Notes under the pieces: generated by a model | Database searches by the model: none | Told to the model about the DNA's origin: nothing | Seen by the model: the letters and a program-made list of their open reading frames with translations, nothing else | Part shown: positions 56,090 through 64,000 of the stretch, in pieces | How positions within the stretch are numbered: the stretch's first letter is position 1 | Layout: each line of letters opens with the position of its first letter | Program-made: the position numbers and the translations under genes | From: Deltaproteobacteria bacterium | Lineage (GTDB): Bacteria > Myxococcota > Myxococcia > Myxococcales > 40CM-4-68-19 | Assembly (NCBI GenBank): GCA_043781235.1 | Contig: JAYWBT010000174.1 | Span: 113-64,112 of the forward strand | Length of the DNA stretch: 64,000 bases | Direction of reading: 5' to 3'

Positions 56090-57279
56090 CCAACCCAGTG
56101 CTCCGCAGTGCCCCCGCCGAGGAGGTCGTCCTGGAGACACCTTCCGCTCCCGTCCAGACACGCAGAGGCCGCGTCTGGCTCCTCTCCGTCGCCGGCATCG
56201 TCCTGGTCCTGGTCGCGCTGGCCGGCATCAAGGCCAGCCAGATCGGCGCCATGATCAAGGCGGGCAAGTCCTTCAAACTGCCGCCCGAGTCGGTCACTTC
56301 CGCCAAGGTGGACAAGGTGCAGTGGCAGGCGTCGCGCGCGGCCATCGGCACGCTGGTGGCGGTGCACGCGGTGACCATCAGCTCCGAGCTGCCAGGCTCG
56401 GTCCGGCAGATCGGCTTCGAGTCCGGCGCCTTCGTCCGGCGCGGCGATCTTCTGATCAAGCTCGACACCACGGTGGAGGAAGCGCAGCTGGCCGCCGCGC
56501 AGGCCGACGCCTCGCTGGCGAAGACCGGCGTGCGCCGCGCCCGGGTGCTGCGCGAGCAGAATTCCAACGCGCCGGCCGACCTGGACGCGGCCGAATCGCG
56601 CGGCCAGCAGACGACCGCGAACGCTTCGGTGCTGCAGGCGACCATCGCCAAGAAGACCATCCGCGCGCCGTTCGATGGGCGCCTCGGCATCCGGCTGGTC
56701 GAGCTGGGTCAGGTGCTCGCGTCCGGCACGCCGGTCGTGTCGCTGCAGTCGATCAGCCCCATCCAGGCCGAGTTCTACCTGCCGCAGCAGTCGCTCGCCG
56801 ACCTGCGCGTGGGGCTGCACTCCCGGCTGCACACCGACGTCTATCCAGGCGACAGCTGGACCGGCGCCTTGACCACCGTCAACCCCGAGGTCGACGTGAG
56901 CACGCGCAACGTCCGCGTGCGCGCCACCTTCCCCAACACCGACGGGCGCCTGCGGCCCGGCATGTTCGCGAACGTCGAGGTCCTCTCGAACGACGAGCGA
57001 GCCGCGCTGGTGATTCCGGCGACCGCGGTGATCTACGCGCCCTACGGCGACTCGGTCTTCTCGATCGAGCAGAAGGACAAGGCGCTGGTCGCGAGGCAGA
57101 AGTTCGTCCGCCTCGGTGAGCGGCGCGGCGACCTGGTGGCGGTGGTCACCGGCCTCAACGCGGGCGAGACCATCGTCTCGAGCGGCGCCTTCAAGCTGCA
57201 CAACGGCAGCGAGGTGGTGGTCCACAACGAGCTGGCTCCCGCGGCCGAGGTCGCGCCGAAGCCCACGGACGACAAATGA
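56086..57279 (+). CDS. RND efflux periplasmic adaptor (MFP)
   Basis: TM anchor, IRAPFDGRLGIR, LRPGMF, GERRGD.V.V..GL. Confidence 0.94.
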   Translation: MTNPVLRSAPAEEVVLETPSAPVQTRRGRVWLLSVAGIVLVLVALAGIKASQIGAMIKAGKSFKLPPESVTSAKVDKVQWQASRAAIGTLVAVHAVTISSELPGSVRQIGFESGAFVRRGDLLIKLDTTVEEAQLAAAQADASLAKTGVRRARVLREQNSNAPADLDAAESRGQQTTANASVLQATIAKKTIRAPFDGRLGIRLVELGQVLASGTPVVSLQSISPIQAEFYLPQQSLADLRVGLHSRLHTDVYPGDSWTGALTTVNPEVDVSTRNVRVRATFPNTDGRLRPGMFANVEVLSNDERAALVIPATAVIYAPYGDSVFSIEQKDKALVARQKFVRLGERRGDLVAVVTGLNAGETIVSSGAFKLHNGSEVVVHNELAPAAEVAPKPTDDK

Positions 57280-60200
57280 AGTTCACCGATCTTTTCATCC
57301 GGCGGCCCGTCCTCGCCGTCGTCATCAACCTCCTCATCGTCATCGCCGGCGCGCAGGCCATACGCTCGCTCAACGTCCGCCAGTACCCGCGTAGCGAGAA
57401 CGCCGCCATCACCGTGACCACCGCGTACGTGGGCGCCACCGCCGAGCTGGTGCGGGGCTTCATCACCACGCCGCTCGAGCGCGCCATCGCCGCCGCCGAC
57501 GGCATCGACTACATCGAGTCGGAGAGCCACCAGAACGTCTCGATCATCCGCGCCCGCCTGCGCCTCAACCACGACGCCACCCGCGCGCTCTCGGAGATCT
57601 CGTCCAAGGTGGACCAGGTCCGCGGCGACCTGCCGCCGTCGGCCGAGGTACCCATCCTCAACATCGAGTCGGCGGACAGCCAGTTCGCCTCGGCGTACCT
57701 GAGCTTCTCCTCCGAGTTCCTCAAGCAGAACGAGATCACCGACTACCTGGTCCGCGTGGTGCAGCCGCGGCTCTCGGCCATCCCGGGCGTGCAGCGCGCG
57801 GATCTCCTGGGCGCGCGCACCTTCGCCATGCGCATCTGGCTCAAGCCCGACCGCATGGCGGCGCTCAACGTCAGCCCCGCGCAGGTGCGGCAGGCGCTCG
57901 CGGCCAACAACTACCTGGCGGCGGTGGGGCAGACCAAGGGCCAGCTGGTGCAGGTGAACCTGACCGCCAACACCGATCTCAAGTCGGCGCAGGAGTTCGA
58001 GCAGCTGGTGGTGCGGCAGGGCAGCGCCGGGAGGGTGCGGCTCAAGGACGTGGCCGACGTGGTGCTGGGCGCCGAGGACTACGACACGCAGGTGAACTTC
58101 AGCGGCCAGACCGCGGTCTTCATCGGCGTCTGGACGCTGCCCAACGCCAACTCTCTCGACGTGATCAAGAAGGTGCGCGCGGAGATGGGGCTGCTGCAGA
58201 AGGAGTTGCCCGAGCAGATCAAGGGGACCATCGCCTACGACGCCACCAAGTACATCAGCAGCGCCATCAGCGAGGTGGTGCAGACCTTGCTCGAGACGCT
58301 GCTCATCGTCGTCATCGTCATCTTCCTCTTCCTCGGCTCGCTGCGGTCGTCGCTGGTGCCGGTGATCGCCATTCCCGTCTCGCTGATCGGCGGCATCTTC
58401 CTCATCCAGGCTTTCGGCTTCACCATCAACCTTCTCACCCTGCTCGCCATCGTCCTGTCGGTGGGGCTGGTGGTGGACGACGCCATCGTGGTGGTGGAGA
58501 ACGTCGAGCGGCACCTCGCCGACGGGCTCTCTCCGCTCGAGGCCGCCCTGCGAGGCGCGCGCGAGCTGGTGGGGCCCATCATCTCGATGACCATCACGCT
58601 GGCGGCGGTCTATGCGCCCATCGCCTTCCAGGGCGGCCTCACCGGCTCGCTCTTCCGCGAGTTCGCGCTGACGCTGGCTGGCGCGGTGACCATCTCGGGC
58701 ATCGTGGCGCTGACGCTGTCGCCGGTGATGTCGGCCTACCTGCTGCGCCCCCCGAGCGAGGAGAGGGGCCTCGCGCGCATGATCAACCGCCACTTCGACA
58801 TCATCCGCGCCGCCTACGGCCGCACGCTCGATTCGTTGCTGCGCACTCGCGGACCGCTCTACGCCGCTTGGGTGGTGGTCTCCATCCTCGCGCTGCTGAT
58901 GTTCTCGCAGTCGCCCAAGGAGCTGGCGCCGGCCGAGGACCAGGGCATCATCTTCGGCGTGGTCAACACGCCCGCAAACTCCACGCTGGAGCAGGTGGCG
59001 CCGTCCCAGCGCGCCATCAACCAGGCGCTGTCCACCGTCGCCGAGACGCAGTTCACCTTCCAGATCACCACGCCGGGCGGCGGCTTCTGGGGCGACGGCC
59101 TCAAGCCCTGGGACGAGCGCAAGCGGACCGCGGCGCAGATCCTGCCCGAGGTCTCCGGCAAGGTCGCGGCGATCCCGGGGGTGCAGACCTTTGCCATCGT
59201 CCCGCCCGCGCTGCCGGGCGGCGGAAACTTCCCGGTCGAGCTCGTCATCGCCTCGACTGCCGACGCGAGCGAGATCCTCGGCTTCGCGCAGAAGCTGCAG
59301 CAGAAGGCGGCGACCAGCGGCATCTTCGCCTTCCCGCCGCTGATCGACACCAAGATCGATCAGCCGCAGTCGGAGATCACCATCGACCGCGACAAGGTGG
59401 CCGAGCTGGGGCTCAACCTCCAGACGGTCGGGCAGGACCTGGGCGCGGCGGTGGGCGGCAACTTCGTCAATCGCTTCAGCGTGGCGGGCCGCAGCTACAA
59501 GGTGATTCCGCAGCTGCTGCGCACCGACCGGCTCAACCCCGAGCAGCTGCAGGACCTGCAGGTCACGGGGCCCAACGGCCAGCTGGTGGCGCTCAGCACC
59601 GTCGCCACCCTGCGCGACTCGGTCACGCCGCGCGCGCTCAATCGCTTCCAGCAACTCAACGCGGTCAAGCTCAGCGGCGTCGCCGTCCGCCCGCTCGATC
59701 AGGCGCTGAAGTACCTCGAGGACGAGGCGGGCAAGATCCTGCCCAGCGGCTACGTCATCGACTACACCGGCGAGTCGCGGCAGCTGCGCGCCGAGGGCGA
59801 CACGTTCCTGTCCGCGTTCCTGCTCGCGATCGTGCTCATCTTCCTGGTGCTGGCGGCGCAGTTCAACAGCTTCCGCGACCCGTTCGTCATCCTCGCGGGC
59901 TCGGTCCCGCTGGGCATGTTCGGCGCGTTGGCGCTGACCTTCCTCAAGATGCCGAACCCGAACCTGCACTTCCTCACCGATGGCTGGACGACGACGCTCA
60001 ACATCTACTCGCAGGTGGGGCTGGTCACGCTGGTGGGGCTGGTTTCCAAGAACGGCATCCTCATCGTCGAGTTCGCCAACAAGCTGCAGGAGGAAGGGCA
60101 CTCGAAGCTCGACGCCATCCGCGGCGCGGCCGTCACCCGCCTGCGCCCGGTGCTGATGACCAGCGTGGCCACCGTCTGCGGCCACTTTCCGCTCACGCTG

Positions 60201-60383
60201 GTGACCGGGCCGGGCGCGGCGGCCCGCAACAGCATCGGGCTCGTGCTGGTGGCGGGCATGGCGGTCGGCACGGCCTTCACGCTGTTCTTCCTTCCGGCCA
60301 TCTATGTGCTGCTGGCCAAGGACCACCGGGCGCACCAGACCGCGCAGCAGCCGGCAGCGACCCAGATCGAACCGGCCGTCTAA
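57276..60383 (+). CDS. RND efflux permease (AcrB/MexW-like)
   Basis: FIRRPVLA, GLVVDDAIVVVEN, KNGILIVEFA, RLRPVLMT. Confidence 0.96.
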   Translation: MKFTDLFIRRPVLAVVINLLIVIAGAQAIRSLNVRQYPRSENAAITVTTAYVGATAELVRGFITTPLERAIAAADGIDYIESESHQNVSIIRARLRLNHDATRALSEISSKVDQVRGDLPPSAEVPILNIESADSQFASAYLSFSSEFLKQNEITDYLVRVVQPRLSAIPGVQRADLLGARTFAMRIWLKPDRMAALNVSPAQVRQALAANNYLAAVGQTKGQLVQVNLTANTDLKSAQEFEQLVVRQGSAGRVRLKDVADVVLGAEDYDTQVNFSGQTAVFIGVWTLPNANSLDVIKKVRAEMGLLQKELPEQIKGTIAYDATKYISSAISEVVQTLLETLLIVVIVIFLFLGSLRSSLVPVIAIPVSLIGGIFLIQAFGFTINLLTLLAIVLSVGLVVDDAIVVVENVERHLADGLSPLEAALRGARELVGPIISMTITLAAVYAPIAFQGGLTGSLFREFALTLAGAVTISGIVALTLSPVMSAYLLRPPSEERGLARMINRHFDIIRAAYGRTLDSLLRTRGPLYAAWVVVSILALLMFSQSPKELAPAEDQGIIFGVVNTPANSTLEQVAPSQRAINQALSTVAETQFTFQITTPGGGFWGDGLKPWDERKRTAAQILPEVSGKVAAIPGVQTFAIVPPALPGGGNFPVELVIASTADASEILGFAQKLQQKAATSGIFAFPPLIDTKIDQPQSEITIDRDKVAELGLNLQTVGQDLGAAVGGNFVNRFSVAGRSYKVIPQLLRTDRLNPEQLQDLQVTGPNGQLVALSTVATLRDSVTPRALNRFQQLNAVKLSGVAVRPLDQALKYLEDEAGKILPSGYVIDYTGESRQLRAEGDTFLSAFLLAIVLIFLVLAAQFNSFRDPFVILAGSVPLGMFGALALTFLKMPNPNLHFLTDGWTTTLNIYSQVGLVTLVGLVSKNGILIVEFANKLQEEGHSKLDAIRGAAVTRLRPVLMTSVATVCGHFPLTLVTGPGAAARNSIGLVLVAGMAVGTAFTLFFLPAIYVLLAKDHRAHQTAQQPAATQIEPAV

Positions 60384-60427
60384 AGAGCGCGCCCGGGCCC
60401 ATTGCCGGGAGCGGGCTATGCCGCCGC

Positions 60428-61261
60428 CTAATTGAGCAGCGCGCCGGTGCCGCGGAGGCGGCGGACGTGGGCGCGGAGGGCGGCGGCGTCGGTGGCCTGC
60501 GGCTCGAGGGCCAGGACCTTCTCGAGGTCGGCGGCGGCAGCGCCCGGACCGCCGAGTTGCTCGCAGAGTTGGGCGCGGTCGCGGAGGCTGCGGACGTTTT
60601 CGGGCGCGAGGAGCAAAAGGCGGTCGACGGCGCTGAGCGCGCGCGGCATGTCGTTTCGCTCCTGGTAGACGGTGCGGAGGTTCTGCAGCATCCGGATCAG
60701 GATCTCGCGAGGCCGGGCGGCGCGCAGGACGCGGGCGTCGAACTTGACCCTCTCGCCCACCGCCGCGGCGAGGCGGCGCTTGATCTCCTCGAGGCCGAGG
60801 AGCTGCCCTTTGTGGAAGGGATCGACCACCAGCTCACCGCCGTCGAGCGTGACCTTGCAGAGGAAGTGGCCCGGAAATCCGACGCCGTCCACGCGCAGAC
60901 CGCAACGGCGCCCGACCTCCAGATAGAGGATCGACAGCGTGATGGGGATGCCGGTCCGCCGGTCGATGACGTCGTTGAGGAAGCTGTTGCGCGGGTCGTA
61001 GAAGTCGGTGCGATTGCCGCTGAAGCCGAGATCGTGGAAGAGGAACGAGTTGAGCCGCCCGACCTTGCGCTCGGGAGAGGCGCCGGAAGGGAGGCCGCGC
61101 ATCGCGCCCGCCGCGAGCTCGTCCAGGGCGCGGAGGTAATCCACGTCGTTCAGATCGGGATACTCCTCGTGGGCAATCGCGAAGCACCCGCGCGCGAGAT
61201 CGGCTGGCTCCTGCGCGCCGAAGCGCAGCAGGAGCCTTCGCGATTCTTCGGCGCCGTCCAT
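60428..61261 (-). CDS. SirB1-family transglutaminase-like/TPR protein
   Basis: GFSGN..DFYDPRNSFLNDVIDRRTGIPITL, GVGFPGHFL, DPF, C-terminal TPR. Confidence 0.9.
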   Translation of the reverse strand: MDGAEESRRLLLRFGAQEPADLARGCFAIAHEEYPDLNDVDYLRALDELAAGAMRGLPSGASPERKVGRLNSFLFHDLGFSGNRTDFYDPRNSFLNDVIDRRTGIPITLSILYLEVGRRCGLRVDGVGFPGHFLCKVTLDGGELVVDPFHKGQLLGLEEIKRRLAAAVGERVKFDARVLRAARPREILIRMLQNLRTVYQERNDMPRALSAVDRLLLLAPENVRSLRDRAQLCEQLGGPGAAAADLEKVLALEPQATDAAALRAHVRRLRGTGALLN

Positions 61262-61313
61262 TGCCAAAGCGTAACACGGTGATCGGTCTTCCGCCCCCGC
61301 TCGCGACGGCTCG

Positions 61314-62462
61314 TCAGAACGCCTCGTTGATGAGCCTCTCGAAGTCCACCTGCGTGACGGGCCGCGGGTTCGACTGGTGGCAGGCGTCGGCCATCGCTTT
61401 GTCGACCAGCGTGGGGATCATCTCGCGCTTGACGCCCGCCTGCGACAGCTTGCGCGGCAGCCCGCAAGCGACGCGCAGGTCGTCCACCAGCTCGACGCAG
61501 AGGTGGGCGCGCTCCTGCTGGCTCATCCTGGGATCGGCGCCCAGTGCAACCGCCGCCGTGCCCAGCCGCTCCTCGGCCACCATGCGGTTGAAGTTGATCA
61601 CCACCGGCAGCATCAGTGAGTTGGCGAGCCCGTGGTGCGTTCCAGCGACGGGCGACAGAGCGTGCGCCACCGAGTGGCAGGCGCCCAGCCCCTTCTGGAA
61701 CGCGATGGCCCCGAACGCCGACCCCAGCAGCATCTGCTCGCGCGCCTCGAGATCCTTGCCGTTCGTGACCGCGCGCTTGAGGTTCGCGCCGATGCGGCGC
61801 ATGCCATCCACCGCGATGGCATCGGCGAGCGGATGATCGCCCTTGGCCACGTAGGCCTCGAGGTTGTGCGTCAGCGCGTCCATGCCGGTGGCGGCGGTGA
61901 TGAAGGGCGGCAGGCCGGTGGTGAGCTCCGGGTCGAGGATGGCCGCTCGCGCCAGCAGCGACGGGTGGAAGATGACCACTTTGGTTCCGTCGATGACGAG
62001 CACGGTGGAGCGGCCCACCTCGCTGCCGGTGCCCGCCGTGGTCGGCACCTGGATGATGGGCGGCACCGGCCTGGTGATCAGCGCATCGCCGCCCTTCGCG
62101 TCGTCGTACTGCGCGAGCGGCGGCTCGTGATTGACCAGCAGCGCCACCGCCTTCGCCATGTCGAGCGAGGCGCCGCCACCCACGCCGAGCACCGCGTCGG
62201 CCTGCGCCGCGCGATAGGCCTCGACGCCGCGGATGGCATCACCATCGGTCGGGTTCGCCTCGAACTCGCTGAAGAGCGCGCTCTTGATGCCGGCCTGCTC
62301 CAGGAGCGGCGTCACGAAACGCAGCAGACCCGCCTGCAAGATGCCCTTGTCGGCGACCAGCAGCACCCGGGTCGCGCCGGCACGCTTCAGCTCGTTGGGC
62401 AGCTCCTTGATCGCACCTTTGCCGTGCACGATGCGGGTCGGAAAGCTCATCACGTTGGCCAT
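61314..62462 (-). CDS. iron-containing alcohol dehydrogenase
   Basis: GGGASLD, PTTAGTGSE, DPELT, DALTH, HSVAH, HHG. Confidence 0.94.
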   Translation of the reverse strand: MANVMSFPTRIVHGKGAIKELPNELKRAGATRVLLVADKGILQAGLLRFVTPLLEQAGIKSALFSEFEANPTDGDAIRGVEAYRAAQADAVLGVGGGASLDMAKAVALLVNHEPPLAQYDDAKGGDALITRPVPPIIQVPTTAGTGSEVGRSTVLVIDGTKVVIFHPSLLARAAILDPELTTGLPPFITAATGMDALTHNLEAYVAKGDHPLADAIAVDGMRRIGANLKRAVTNGKDLEAREQMLLGSAFGAIAFQKGLGACHSVAHALSPVAGTHHGLANSLMLPVVINFNRMVAEERLGTAAVALGADPRMSQQERAHLCVELVDDLRVACGLPRKLSQAGVKREMIPTLVDKAMADACHQSNPRPVTQVDFERLINEAF

Positions 62463-62490
62463 GCTGTTCTCCTCGGAGGAGATGAGATGA

Positions 62491-63897
62491 TCAGATGATC
62501 TCGAAGTACCGCTCCAGCTCCCACTTCGATACCGCCGCCTCGTGCTGGCGGCATTCCCAGTCGCGCGTCCGCGCGTAATGATCGACGAAGGTCTCGCCGA
62601 GGATCTCCTTCACTTCCTTCGACGCCGCGAGCTTCTCGGTCGCCGCGCGCAGCGAGTACGGCAGCGGCTCGGCCTTGGCGTCGTAGCCGTTGCCAGAGGT
62701 CTCGGGTGGTAAGGGCAATTCCTTCTCGATGCCATAGAGCCCCGCCGCGACCGACGCGGCCATGGCGATATAGGCATTCATATCGGCGGCAGCGAATCGA
62801 TATTCGACGCGCGTCGCCGCGGGCGAGCCCTGGATCACGCGCAGCGCGGTGGTGCGGTTCTCGACGCCCCAGGTGGCGAGCGTCGGCGACCAGGCGCCGC
62901 GCACCATCCGCTTGTAGGAGTTGATGGTGGGCGCGATCAGAGCCGTCATCGCGGGCATCAGCGCGAGCTGGCCGGCGACGTAATGCTGGAAGATCTTCGA
63001 CATGCCCTTGGGCCCGCGCGCGTCGAAGAAGAGCGGCTCGCCCTCCGAAGCTCCGCCCGAGGCTCCGCCTGCGGCTCTGGCAACCGACCAGAGCGACTGG
63101 TGCAGGTGGCCGCTGCAGCCGGGAAGATCTTTTGCGACCTTGGCCATGAAGGTCGGCATGACTCCATGACGCGCGCAGATCTCCTTGGCCGCCGTCTTGA
63201 ACAGCGAGGACTTGTCGCCGGCGCGCAGCAACGAGTCGTACTTGATGGCCGCCTCGTAGACGCCGGGGCCAGTCTCGGTGTGGAACCCCTCGAGCTCGAT
63301 GTCGAAGGCGTTGAGCCCGTCCTGCAGCGCGTGGACCAGCGGCGCGTTCTCGGAGGCACGCAGCCAGGAATAGCCGAACATGCCGGGCGAGAGCGGCGTC
63401 AGGTTCGCGTAACCCTTGGCGCGCACCGACTCGGGCGTCTCCTTGAAGATGAAGAACTCGAACTCGCTCGAGCACTTCACCGCGTAGCCCATCGCGCGCG
63501 CGTGCGCGTCCACCTTCTGCAGCAGCTGTCGCGGCGAAACTTGCAGGGGCTTGCCTGCCTCGGCCTCGAAATCGAGCAGGAACGCCGCGGTCCCCGGCTC
63601 CCAGGGGATCTTGCGATAGGTGGAGAGATCGATCGTGCACCTGGCGTCCGGATAGCCGGTGTGCCAGCCGGTCACTTGCGCGTTGTCGTAGAGCTGGTCG
63701 GCCAGGTCCCAGCCGAAGACCACGTCGCAGAAGCCGAGGCCCCCCGTGGCCGACCCCCAGAACTTGTCGAGCGAGACGTACTTGCCGCGCAGGATGCCGT
63801 CGATGTCGAACCCGCCCAGCTTGACCTTGCTGATGCCGTCCTTCTTGAACTGATCGCGGAGGGCGTCGATCTGCTTTGCGCGCGCGTCGTCGGCCAT
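62491..63897 (-). CDS. glutamine synthetase-like (gamma-glutamylamine ligase) protein
   Basis: DIDGILRGK, EFEF, HTETGPGVYE, TFMAK, GCSGHLHQSL, NSYKR, WGVENRT, RVEYR; ATG 63897. Confidence 0.9.
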   Translation of the reverse strand: MADDARAKQIDALRDQFKKDGISKVKLGGFDIDGILRGKYVSLDKFWGSATGGLGFCDVVFGWDLADQLYDNAQVTGWHTGYPDARCTIDLSTYRKIPWEPGTAAFLLDFEAEAGKPLQVSPRQLLQKVDAHARAMGYAVKCSSEFEFFIFKETPESVRAKGYANLTPLSPGMFGYSWLRASENAPLVHALQDGLNAFDIELEGFHTETGPGVYEAAIKYDSLLRAGDKSSLFKTAAKEICARHGVMPTFMAKVAKDLPGCSGHLHQSLWSVARAAGGASGGASEGEPLFFDARGPKGMSKIFQHYVAGQLALMPAMTALIAPTINSYKRMVRGAWSPTLATWGVENRTTALRVIQGSPAATRVEYRFAAADMNAYIAMAASVAAGLYGIEKELPLPPETSGNGYDAKAEPLPYSLRAATEKLAASKEVKEILGETFVDHYARTRDWECRQHEAAVSKWELERYFEII

Positions 63898-64000
63898 GGC
63901 TCGAGAGCTCCTTCGGTGCAGGAGGGCAAGCGTGGATGCGAGGGGCGGGCGCGTCAAGCCCGCGCGGGTTAGATTGCCTTTGGAGACGCGCCCGACATGT

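Noticed and set aside
57042-60335. Very long antisense or alternate-frame ORFs (e.g. 57042-60335 -, 9694-12210 +, 51695-54316 -, 43046-45208 -, 23798-25789 -)
   Set aside because: Shadow ORFs opposite well-supported genes; stop codons are rare at this GC content and the translations lack motifs.

Overview
High-GC (roughly 70% by eye), gene-dense bacterial chromosomal segment. Its gene content (FHA-sigma54 activator, MshEN/GSPII_N-REC-TPR regulator, DGG-repeat lipoprotein, several sigma54 promoters) suggests a myxobacterium (Myxococcota); this is an inference. About 55 CDS are supportable, mostly housekeeping or accessory metabolism: msrPQ, speA, Fe/Mn SOD, prmA-rsmE, pdxH, fumC, ada/alkA-ogt, acyl-CoA carboxylase subunits, methylmalonyl-CoA mutase, an RND efflux pump and a GS-like ligase. 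No tRNA, rRNA, CRISPR array or mobile element was seen. The best candidate for an undescribed system is at 1.3-7.0 kb. A near-consensus sigma54 promoter precedes a radical SAM/SPASM enzyme, an unannotated 24-aa peptide (MKIKRSIRKSSRKMLPCSWFCDNP), an orphan peptide-binding-type lipoprotein and a translationally coupled sensor kinase, which converge on a sigma54 response regulator. This layout fits a RiPP-based autoinduction circuit. Other notable items are a 70-aa prokaryotic histone-fold protein (21920-22132), a candidate switch-like structured RNA (about 22962-23090), a CGTACG repeat array (13265-13343) and two apparent pseudoenzymes (TrpC-like and M3-peptidase-like). All family calls come from motif recognition only; no searches were run.
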